This document shows positions 37,270-49,200 of a DNA stretch of 64,000 nt, piece by piece. Numbering within the stretch: the stretch's first letter is position 1; every line of letters begins with the position of its first letter. The DNA is from Podarcis melisellensis. Taxonomy: Eukaryota. The stretch lies in the NCBI GenBank assembly GCA_964234715.1, contig OZ174277.1; one strand, 5' to 3'. The notes under the pieces are model-generated. The model saw only the letters and a list, made by a program, of their open reading frames with translations, was not told the DNA's origin and did not search any database. The translations under genes and the position numbers were made by a program.

Positions 37270-40200
37270 TCATATACTGCTTACCTGCCAAAATTACTTT
37301 AAAGACTAATATAGCCAGGGTGCAGTTCTGTGACACTGAAGTCACAGAGAATTTATGTTCAATAAATGTTACTGGCATTTGGCATGGCTCTTTGGTACCA
37401 ACCAAAAAGAGACAGTGAGACCTCTGTCAGGGTTTCACAGTATGATGGAGCTGTTTCCATCTGCATCAGTCTCTCTCTGTCTCTTTCTCCCCCCCCCCCC
37501 CAATATAATGTTGTATTTAAAAATAGTAAATTTTCAGAGGTAACAGACATTAAATTTTGGCTAACCTGAAAGTCAGAACATTGCCTAGACTTAGCCATGT
37601 TTGTTATTTAATATTTTTCTCCCACTGTTCCAAATGTGCCCAAGGCTGTTCACAACACTGCTAACGTAAGTTCACTGCAAAATACAGCAGTGCTTACTTC
37701 AAATTTCAGTTCAAATTATTTGTTGATTTTAAAAATACCTAAGACATTCAGATATTATAAAACTTCATCGTAGTCATATAATAAATACCGTATTTTTCGC
37801 CCCATAGGACGCACCAAGTTTTTTTGGGGGGAAATAAAGAAAAAAAAATTATTTCCCCCACCAGGCGCTTGTGGGGCCGGCAGCGGGGAGAAGCACTCAT
37901 CTCCCCGCCGCCCGCCTGCAGGCGCTGCGCCTCCCAGCTGTCCCCAGAGCCTGCGAGGCAGGCAGCGGGGAGAAGCGCTCTTTTCCCCGCCGCCCGCCTG
38001 CTGATCAGGTCCGGGGACAGCGGGAGGACGCGCTGCGCCTCCCAGCTGTCCCCGGAGCTTGCGGGGCAGGCAGCGGGGAGAAGAGCTCTTCTCCCTGCCG
38101 CCCGCCTGCAGATCAGGTCCGGGGACAGCGGGAGCACGCGTCTCCCCACCGTCAGCCTCCAAACCACAGCGGGATGGCGGCGTTCCGCCTCCCTGCTGTC
38201 CCCCGACCTTGTGGGGCTGGCGCTGCGGCTCTCCTGAAGCCTGGAGAGCGAGAGGGGTCAGTGCGCACCGACCCCTCTCGCTCTCCAGGCTTCAGTGAAA
38301 GCCTGCATTCGCCCCCTAGGACGCACACACATTTCCCCTTCATTTTTGGAGGGGAAAAAGTGCGTCCTATAGGGCGAAAAATACAGTAATCTGCAATCAG
38401 TTCCTCTGAAGTTTCAAATGCAGGGGAAAGTAGTCAGATTTCTTATGACTGTCAGTATAAAAAGTTTTGCATGCAGAGGTATCATCTTACTTTACTTATG
38501 CTTGGAGTCTGGAAGTTTCAAAAAACTAAAACACACATATAAGGGCCTATGTTAGGTGTTGAACAAAAGAGGCAGTCTAGGGATGTTCTTAGTGTCTGTC
38601 CACCCTGCTGCTTAACAGCAGCAAGAAACCAAACTTTTTGTGTTGTCATCCCAGTTCTGCCAATAGAGGTTCCTCAGGTATATTCTGTTTTAACTTTTGA
38701 AACACCTCCTGAAAACTTTTCCATGCTACTGAGCTAATGCAGTCAATTAAGAAAATATATTTAAATATTAAATGATTTGTCATTTTCCAAATTAACAGCT
38801 TACAACAGTGGAAAAAAGAGAACCACAGTCCCTCAGAAAATATCTTTGTAATAGTTCTGATGTTTTTATGAATAGTGATATACAATTTTTAAGTAAATAA
38901 ATAAGCAATGAGGCCTCAAACCTCTGACATCATTCCAGGAACCCACTTATCCAAACTGACCTCCACACCTTACATCCACTTCCATTAGCTTCATATCTGC
39001 CTCATGTCCATTAATTTAAATTAAACCTCCAATTAAGTATATTTAGGATCGTCGCTGAAGTCATTAGCCATGCCATGCCATGCCATGCCATGCCATAAGA
39101 AAATGAATAAATACTTATTCAGTACATTTCTCAAAAACAAGAGCATAAATTCTCTCTCCCCCATTCCTCAAAGTTCATAAGAAGGTAAGCTGGGACATAA
39201 TGTAACTATAAATGTCCAATGTTGACATTAATGGCTCACTGATATGTTTAGATTAAATGAAGATTTGGTCTGATGAGACAATTGTATTTGATAGGAGCAT
39301 GTAATCCCTTCCATTTTAAAGCCTTAAAGTGACAGTATGCTGTATCTTTTCCTTCTATGTATATCCACTCTGTATGACTGAGCTAACATCATATATTAAT
39401 GCCTTTTCTTCATTTCTATAATAAGCAAGTGGAAGAAAGTGCATGATGTCAGCGTGCTTGAAAGTAATGGTGCTTTGCTTGTTCTACTGTACATCAGGGG
39501 AGAATTTTGACCGCCAAGCCAGCATACGGAGGTCTCTAATTTACACAGATACTGTGGTAAGGCGGCCGAAGAAAGTGAAAAGGAGAAAGACTATTACAGG
39601 AATCCCTGACAACATCCAAAGAGAGCTAGGTATGGCTCATCAGAACTGTATTCCATTACAATTAATAATTATCTTGCTTACTGTGACTAAACTCATAACA
39701 TTTACCCCACGCTCATGAAGTCAATACAGTCTGATAGCCTATTAAAAGTTAAAATGAATGTATGCCTGACCACCAGGAAAGAATAAATAGTGTATGCTTA
39801 AACCGATCATTTTGCCCACCTGGAAATTAAAGTTCTGTCTTTTTAAACAAACAAACACACAAACAAACAAACAAACAAACAAACAAACAAACTGAATTTA
39901 CTGAATGCCATGCAAAGCTGCAATTTTCTGAAATCATGTACTGGGACAGTAAAAATCTATAAGAATTTTAGGGTTGTTTTTATTCTCTTGGTCTTAAAGA
40001 TATATCTTACAATTACCGGTAAATTTGAGCACGTCAGTCTCACATTTCCTTCATTCTTCACTGAAGACTGGATTTTACTAGGAGGAGTAATGCTGTCTAA
40101 AATTGGTTCCAGAATCTCATTAAAAACTTCCCCACTTACCATCTGATCATAAGTCTTATCAGTCAAATGGCTGAAACATTTGTGAAATGCTATAGGAGAG

Positions 40201-43200
40201 TCCATATTTGGAACATAAATATTCACTACGCAATTATCATATTTGAGGTCTTCTGGGTTTGTCATTTGTTTAACCAAAGAACTTAACCATAAATAACTTT
40301 CATCCCCAGCCATTCCTTCTTGGCAAACATGAATGTAATGGGCATAAGCTAAGGCCCTTTTTAGGCTAGAGCCTTGTTTGTATTCTGTCACTTCCATTTT
40401 TTCCCCTTTCCTAACAACAACAAAAGTGTAGATAGCTTTTATTCTCTTCATAGCCAACTTGAGACAATGATCTTCCTGGTTGTTCACTTGAATGCTTAGT
40501 AGACATTCTAGGCTCCCTGTAATCCTGCTTGAGGCATTTAGTTTGCATATTCAAGTAGCTGTGGCATGGCTGTTTTGAAGTCCAGGTATTTGTGGCCATC
40601 TCCCAACATGGAAGCTTTGATTTTACACCATGGCACCACAAACCCACATTTAGGAAGGCTTGTGCTGACATACTGAATTGCTATGCAGAAATTACTTGAC
40701 ATACAGAAAAGCCCACGCACAGTGCAAGTTACAGTGTTCATCATATGTCTTAGAAGTTTTATTGGTGTCTGCAATGGTGAAATGGTGCCGGTGAAATTCT
40801 GCCCTCATTTGGCATGGAGTCATGCCAGTTGCATGCAACTTGATGGCAGTTCCATTGGGTTGTGGGACTTAAAGGAACTTCCTATACATTTTTTCCAGCC
40901 GTGATGTCCTGTGTTCCTTCTGTAGCTTTGGTGTAGGTGAGCTCCATTGGCCTACAAATTAGTGCAGGCAAACCTCTGGTTGCTCCTTCTCCTCTAAAAC
41001 CTCTACCCACCTGACCTTTGGTATTTGAAGAACCCAGTAGTCTTTTTTCTGACCCCAAACTCCATTATATTGGCAGCTACCACCCTTGGCTCCCTCTCTT
41101 GTGCTTGCATGCTTGCTTACTCACATTCAGAAGAGACAGTCTGCAATATAACCATCATAGCTCTGTGCTGGGTTTTTCTGGCTAGTGTAACTTACCTCCT
41201 TGTTTTAAAGGGTACTGGGAGGGTATTATGGACTGTACTGTTGGACTTTATCCTGTAATTTAAAACAAGTGAATGATATCTACCATGGTGTTTTCCTATC
41301 CTTCAACATGGAAGGAGCACAACACTATTTGGGCTACTTGCCCTAGCATTAAAGGGCAGGGTAAGGCCTAGTATTGCAGCCAAGAACTGAAGGGAAACTG
41401 GCAGTTTGCAATTTGGCTACTTCTTGAGGAGGATTGCTCTTCAACACTAGCAAACAGCAATAGATATCTTATTATACTTTCCTAATTAATAATATCTTAC
41501 ATAATTTGGCATTTAATTTTTCTCTTAAAGAATTTGAGATTAATCTCCGGTTTCATAATCTGTCAATATGAAACTCATAATTCCCCTGACAAGTTCTCGT
41601 GATTTCACATACAGTTGTGGTTCGAGTCGCGACGAGTTGTGGTTCGACTCGCGGCGAGAAGGTGAAAAGTGAGGCGGAATGGCTGGCGCAGCGGTATCTT
41701 AAACCGCAAACCACGCCCCCTACAATCCGCCCGGTTGGGCGCTTACCTGTGGGCATGGTACGCCAGCCAGGTGAGTGGGGCAGGGGGCATAACACCCCCT
41801 GCATGATACAGAAATCACATCCCGCCCACAACACCTCTACATGAGTAGAATATTAAAAGTATCCATTTATGCCAGAAATGCTTTTTGAAAAACATTACGC
41901 TACAATATATATTTTAAAGTGCTTTGAGTCTCTTCGAGTAGTGAAAAAAAATGCCACAAATAAATACATTAGTTTAAGTACATATTTAAGCAGTAGTTAC
42001 AATGATAACTTGGAATTTAGTAACTGAAACTTAACTTATGGACTGACAACTTTTGTTGTTGGAAAAATCTGAATTTGTATCATATTCAGGAAGCTGATGA
42101 CTTTAGAACATCACCCAGAGAAGGTGTTTATTTTCAGTTACAGCTAACATTGACTCATGCCAATCAATATAAATAACTTACAAATCCTCTCTTTCTTACT
42201 TGATTGGCCTTTGTGCCTATAGTCATTTTGATAAAACTCTGCTTTTGAGAATTATCAAGCTGCTTGCCAGCATTAAAGGGACATAATGTAATTTCTCACT
42301 TGAGCCCATTGTGGTAGAAAAAAAGTCTAAAGGTCAAATTCTAGCTGCCTTGAAGTTCTAGCTAAAACCACACTGACTTCGCTGAATCAGGGCTTCAGTT
42401 TATGCTTTTTGGAAAACTTTAAAAGCAGGCAAAATGCACAAAAACATGTGTAAAGGTTTGATTTTATTTGAAAGCAGGTTAATGTTTCATAAATGGCATT
42501 GTCTTTAACTTTCCCTCCATCCTCCATTCTCTCCGATGCCAGTGTTTCGTTGTATGCCAAGAAAAACAAGAAGTGAATATGACTTAAACAGCTATTAAAT
42601 TTTATGGGGAAGAATGACCTTACTCTTCACAGTCCACTTGCATTCAACAATTAAGAGAATTGAAAGGCTCTGGGAAGGGAGCTCCTTATCTGACATGCCA
42701 TAAAAAACCCGCAAGAGCTGCTCAGAAGCAAGCATTCCAAAATGGCTGCATTTTTCAATGGCAGACCTGCAGCATTTCAGATACCAAACTTTCCCCCACC
42801 TCTTTTTTACATCATTGTAGCATAATTCGGAGAGAAGAAAGTGCTATTTTAATAGAATTTCAGTGCAGATATATATTTAAGTATACAGTGCAGTGATCTC
42901 ATGTGCATTCAAATCAGTGACTTTCAAGCTTGTTGGGGTAATAATAAAAATAAAAATAATGGTGGCAAACAACATTCCTTGAAAGACAGCTCACTACTAC
43001 TGATCTCCTTCAGCAATGGACAACATCAAGAGAATGTCGGTTCATGGTTTGACTCTCAGTTCACCATTGGCAATGATGAAATCAGCATTCCATGTGAACT
43101 GTTCGTATGTACTTGGGCATGATTCTATAATAACTTGTTTTCTTCGGCAGGAATAAAAGCATTCTTCAGCCGATATCGCTGACCTGGTTCTTTCATCATT

Positions 43201-46200
43201 TTAAACCATAGTTAAGATTTAGCGTATAACATGCTGGTGCACAGGACAAAAATCTTGGTCAATTTGCACCTTCCCCATTCCTAATGTTGCTTTGCTACTG
43301 GGAGCTAAGCCATGGTTTGGCTCATGGTTTGTTTGGGAAAAACAAACCACTAGTCCCCTTTTGGACATAACACTTAGATTTACATGAAACCAGAAAACTT
43401 CAAGCAACCCACATTTCAAAAATGTGGAGTATTAAAAAAAACCCCACACAGGAAGTGTGCCTGTCAGTAGTTAATTGGCATTATAAAATCAGCAAATCAG
43501 AAGGCAGGGACAGCCATAAAAATTCAAATATGGGCGAGTGTAGACTGCTTTGAATGGAGGATTCACAGCTAAATAATGCTCAAATGTGGACAAACCCTTT
43601 AACTATGGTCGAATGATGTGCGAGCACTTGCCACTGGGGAAGGGGCAGCCAGAAGACAGGAAGTTTGAAAATAATTTTGTTAATTTAATATTAGATTTGC
43701 AAGTCCTCCTCCTGTCACTGGTCAACTTGAAAGAATGAGAGTTGGATTTTCTGTGAGATGACTCTCTTGCAATTCTGTCTGTACCTTGCCTTGCGCTTAG
43801 TCTCCCTCCACCTGCATTGCAGACAGAAGCCATTGTCTAATTAGGCTGTAGACTCTGCTTCAGTAGGTGAGCAACACTATTCTCCCTGCCTTTTGTTCTT
43901 CCTCAAAGAACAATGTAGATGTTGCTATGCTAAGTATTAATACATAGATGGAATAGTTCTTAGAAACTTGGGCAGGCCTTTAGAATTTCTTCATTTAATG
44001 TGTTTAAATGTATTTCAATTTGTTCCTTTAAAGAGGTCAGTGGTTTTAAAAAGCAATTGTTAGCACTTTATTTTTCTCCTGTGGTATAGTGCAAGGTCCC
44101 AAAAATAAACATTTCATGATTCAAGTAGATAATAATATAGAAAAATAATTTGTGTGGAATTGCTTGAATTTCCTGGAATCCCATGGTGCTTTTGAATGGA
44201 AGGTGCAGCAGTCAAGACATAGTTTGCAAAGAACAAGGACTGAGACACGCTTTGCTTGTTCTTTATTTTCTTCATTTTTCACACTGGGGATAGGGTACTA
44301 TATTATATATATGTAACATAAATAAGCTCCTGTACGTTGTGACTTAAATTATGGTCTGCTGAGTGCAACAATAGCTGCAGCTGCTATTATTTAAAGTGAA
44401 GTGTGCAGGCAGCCTAGTAGGATAGTATTGATTGTTCCCAGTTGGCCTTTAGCCTGTTGGTTAGGTAATAACAGCTATTCTTGTCTATCAGGGGTTTTGT
44501 TTGTTTTTTATCTGAGTGACGTGACTGGAGAGTAGTCCTAGTTTGAATGTAAACAGACCCAGGTTCTTATTTATATTTGAAACAATTAAGCATATTTGAA
44601 ACATCCAAGGAAACAACTTTTTGATACATGTTTTGTTAATGAACACAGGAGTTTAAATGTGAAATCTTGATGTGTATAATAACTGTTTTATTTTAACTTC
44701 CAACAGTTGGCACTGGTAAAAACGACTTCCGTGGCCATTCATTATGCATCCCTGACCACTATTCCACGCTAGGAAGGCTTGATAGTTATCACTCTTCCAT
44801 GCAGCAGTCTGACACCAAGGACTCCGGCTGTCAGACAGAGGAAGTCAAAGTGGTGCCACCTTCAGTGAGGCGAATACGTGCCCAGAAAGGTCAAGGAATT
44901 GCAGCCCAGATGTCACAGTTGTCCAGTTCTTCTGGAAACATGTCTGTGATGAGTGATTCCGCTGGGGTTGTGTTTGCCTCCCGCCTAAACAATGACCTGG
45001 GTTTTCATAGTCTACCTCGGTCTGGGGCAAGGGTGTCCCTACAGTTCCTGGAACGTAGACATAGCCTGTCTAAGTCAACAGAAGACGGAGCACTGTCACA
45101 CCAGATAAGCAAACTGCAAGTGGATGATAGCATAGACCACATGAGGAACAACAGTAGGACAGGTATGCTTCAAAGGCCAAAGTCCCAAGAGGTCAAGGGC
45201 TCTGAGAGTGACCAAACAGAAAGTCTAGCATGCATGGTCTCTCCACATAGTATGTATTCAACCAGCATTATACCAAATGCAACCCTATCATCCTCTTCAG
45301 AGGTTATTGTGATTCACACCACACAGAGTGCGGGCGCAATGGATAGTAAAATCACCAACCCTCCTTCATATACAAAACCTAGAGACAATCTTGTTGTCAA
45401 CAGCATGGTAGGCACAAAAGATCAGCAGCATTCCTCTAGTGGGACCTGGAGTGAGACCAGTTCAACACATCACTCGCGTTCCTCAGACACTGCTGTTTCA
45501 TCGAATGCTGCAATGGTGCTCAGTCTTGGAGATTCAGGAGTTTCTCTCAGCGGTGCAGGAGCTGTGGAAAATGCCCCTCAAAGTATGACCTACAGCAGTA
45601 GGAATAACCTCAGTTTTCCAACCCACTCTCAGGACAGTGACAGTAGGAGTGAATCAAATTACTCTGTTGACAAAACACAGAGCCAGGTCCAGAACAGCAC
45701 AGAGCACTGTGGTTTGAAGTGCTCTGGAAAGGAAGACGTGTTGTTACACAAACTAAACTGTGCCACTCCAGGCTGCTCCACGCCTGTGAGCAACCTGAGT
45801 ACCAGCAGCCTTGAAAGAGTCTCTGCCAAAGAAGACTCAAGCTCTTTATATTCTGTGGACCATGATGGCTATTACACTTCCATGCACATGGACTCGGGAC
45901 TCAAGTCTGGCAAAACTTGCAATAGCAATAACGGCTTTGGAAACCCCAGGCACAGTGTCATTAATGTGTTTGATGGCACTGAGAAGAAATCTCTGGGAGA
46001 CTTGTCGAATTACAGCGACAAATCCCTCTCACGAAGCATATCCTTTAAAAAGGCAAAGAAACCGCCTCTGCCGCCATCCCGAACAGACTCTCTTAGAAGG
46101 ATCCCCAAGAAGAAAACTCAGTCCAATGGGCAGGTATTGGATGACATGTTGATTGCTAGCCTCCAACACTCCCTACAGTTGAACCTCAAGTGCAAAAATG

Positions 46201-49200
46201 GCAGCTCACCATCTCAAAGCCCCTGCAGTGATTATGATGACCCTTGGGTGCTACGCTCTCGTAGTCAGAGCTCGGTGAGCGCCAGTAGCAGCATGATGTC
46301 TGGAACAGGCCTGAACATGTACTCCATCTGTACTGTCACACCCTCCCAGAGCGAGACGAGCAGCATCAGGTCAGAGTATGCTGACCAGTGGGGCTACTAC
46401 AGCGATTGTCCTGGGATGCCGGAGGATCAGCTGAAATCCCCAGTAGTTCATTCGGCTAATGCTGGACCCAGGCTAAATGATTATAACGTCAGCCGCCTTA
46501 ACGATGGGTCAAGGGCTTCTACACCACAGGTGCCCAGCGGGTTGGCCAAACCAAAGACCACTTCTCCAGAAAAGCCACATAGGGTTACATCACCATCTAG
46601 TGGGTATTCTAGCCAATCCAACACACCCACAGCAGTTACACCAGTGCCTGTCATTCTGAAATCTATGTCAACAGGAAACGGGAAACCCAAGATGAAACCT
46701 AAAGTGCCTGAAAGAAAGTCATCCCTTCTGTCTTCAGTTTCAGTGTCTTCCTCCTCCACATCCCTTTCTTCTAATACATCTGCTGAAGGGAGTGGGAGTG
46801 TGAAGAAATCTGACTCTGGCCCAAGCTTCCCTCTGGTTTTGTCTCCAGACTCTTCTGAGTACCTTCTTCCACCACCACCACCTCCCTCATCAGATGTTAT
46901 GGATCTGCCGCCTCCTCCTGGATCTCCCAACTTCCCACCGCCTCCACCAGAAGCGGTTATAAACATATCGTTTTCTCAAAGTATCCCATGGTTTAATTAC
47001 CTACCGCAAGACCCTTCGTTGGATCATTTCTCTCCCTTGTCACCGCCTGTTCCATCTCCTCCCCTTCCACCTCCTGTCCCTTCTTCAGTTCCTCCACCAG
47101 CGCCCCCCTTGGACCCTAAACTCACAAAAGGTGCATATAAAAATGCACCATGTTCTTTCAAGAAATATAATCAGGAAGGTTCTTCTCACAGTACAATAAA
47201 GAGAGCATCCTTGAAAAAGGAGGATCCCGCCAGGCCTTCAATGCCTCTAGTAACCACCCAAGCACTGCAAATGGTACAGCTGAGGTCCGTGAAGAAAACT
47301 GTGGTGTCAGAGGTTGAACAGCCAGTTGAATCTGCTTCTGACATAAATTCTCAGGAAAAATCAACTGATGTGCTTTCAGGACAGCTGCCTATAAAACCAG
47401 GTGTATCAGTAGGACACTGCGACAGCCTGGAAGAAGGTGAAGTGAAACCCCATGGTGCTTTTGACAATACCTTTGTTTACAGTCCTAATCAGAGATCTTA
47501 TCCCGGACTCTGTGGTAACTATGAACTTTCGAGTGGTACAATGCCTGGAAATGCAGGCAGTCTAGCGAATTCCTTTGCCAGTGATTTGCCACCAGCCAGT
47601 GTTGAAGAAGCAGCACAGGGTTTTTGCTCTGATCTTGCAAGCTCATCTCTTGAGGGGCAGCCAGGGTGTCTCAACAAGCCTCAGGGTGTATCGCCAAACA
47701 AGAAGCCGCCACCTGTTTCAAAGAAACCCAAACTGTTCCTGATTGTGCCACCCCCACAACCCGATGTTACAGCAGAAAAAATAGCTGGAGTGGGTGAAAC
47801 AGTTAGAATCGCTCCAGGGGATGCTGTCATTGCACAGTACAGCCAGGCTGAGGATTATCCTACAGATGGACTCTGCTCCTATGAAATGGACTCTGGCAGC
47901 CTGGTTCCAGAAGGAGGAGCTGCAGGTTCCACCTCCTGTGAGACACTGGAAGTCGGCGTTTCTGCGCTGCAGCCCAAGCAGGAGGAGCAGCCTTGCTTGT
48001 GCGAACGAAGCAGTTCCAACAGAATTGGAGACAGTGTCTCTAGAGGAGACAGGCATGCATCTCAAGGGGATGAAAGTGGTAAGTCTGTTTTCTATTTTCA
48101 TCCAGTATATTTAGTGACTAGACCTATTTGGGAGTGGGATAGGGAGGGCTGCAGCATTGGCATCAGTGTAACACTCTCGGTGCAAATGCATGCAGATCCT
48201 AAGGGAAATAATAGAACTCGGGCTAATGGTGTGTAAAGAATCCTTCTTTATTTAAGGGGAACAATTGTCAAGGGGGATTTCTCAACCAAATCTCTGTTGT
48301 GTTGATTTTTAAACTGCGACAATAATGATGGCCATGGGGTGGGGATGAGGGAATCCAGAAATGTCAGTGTTATGTTCCTTGTAAGCAAATAAATAGCTTT
48401 TCACAGAATGTAGTTACTCAAAATAATTTTGTTGTTGCCATCAGTAAAAAGGCAGAAGCATGGCTGTGTTGTGCATTTTTAGGGAAATTTACAGTCTTTA
48501 TTGCCCTGTTGGCTATTTAACTCTTAACTCTTCAGATATTGCGAGTTTATAATCCCGCATAATTTTCTTACTTATTGCATTTTAGCTGAGGGGTTTGAAT
48601 CAGATGCAGCAAACAGCTTTTTACTGCAAAGCCCTAGTTATGGAGAAGACAGTGAGGTGGTGGCAGTGCCAACCAGACCAAGGACTACTGAGGATCTTTT
48701 TGCAGCCATTCACAGGTATTGTTTAATAGCCTTATTTGTGTTGCTTTATCCATTATCCCTTAAGAGTTTTAAATATATCTTACATAATATGTAATGCTAA
48801 TGACTATTATTTTATTTTTCAAAGAAATTCACTTTAGTTTCTGGTAATACGTAGTTAAAATAGATTATTCATATATGCACCTTTCATTGCTTTGCAATCA
48901 ACTAATTCTGAAACTAAACTTTGCTGGCAGCAAAATCAAGTTTGGTAAAATTGTCAGTCTCTGGCCCTTCTGTGAATGTCAAGTGATCCCTTGTTTGTAT
49001 TGTACTGTTTCTCTCAAATCTGCTTGATTTAACATATACTATTGCTTTCTTTGTGTATCTTTTTGTTTTCATTTCCTCTACCCTCCATTCTTTTCCCCCC
49101 TCTTCTCTGCTGATTATATGGTGCAGTTTGGGACAGAGGCTCAACTCTAATGCTTCATGGCAAGCTTGGCTTAAACTGGCAAGTAAACATGATCTATCCG

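Noticed and set aside
37748-38389. Six overlapping 63-172 aa Ala/Arg/Pro-rich ORFs on both strands
   Set aside because: All fall inside a TIR-bounded, GC-rich repeated element; the lack of stops is compositional.
39957-40487. 176-aa minus-strand ORF in intron 5
   Set aside because: No recognisable domain, the track start is not ATG, and there is no supporting splice or promoter context. Treated as chance, though BLASTP would settle it.
46481-46966. 161-aa antisense ORF (also 47718..48101 and 52460..52789)
   Set aside because: Shadow frames of Ser/Pro-rich NHSL1 coding sequence, with no independent gene signals.
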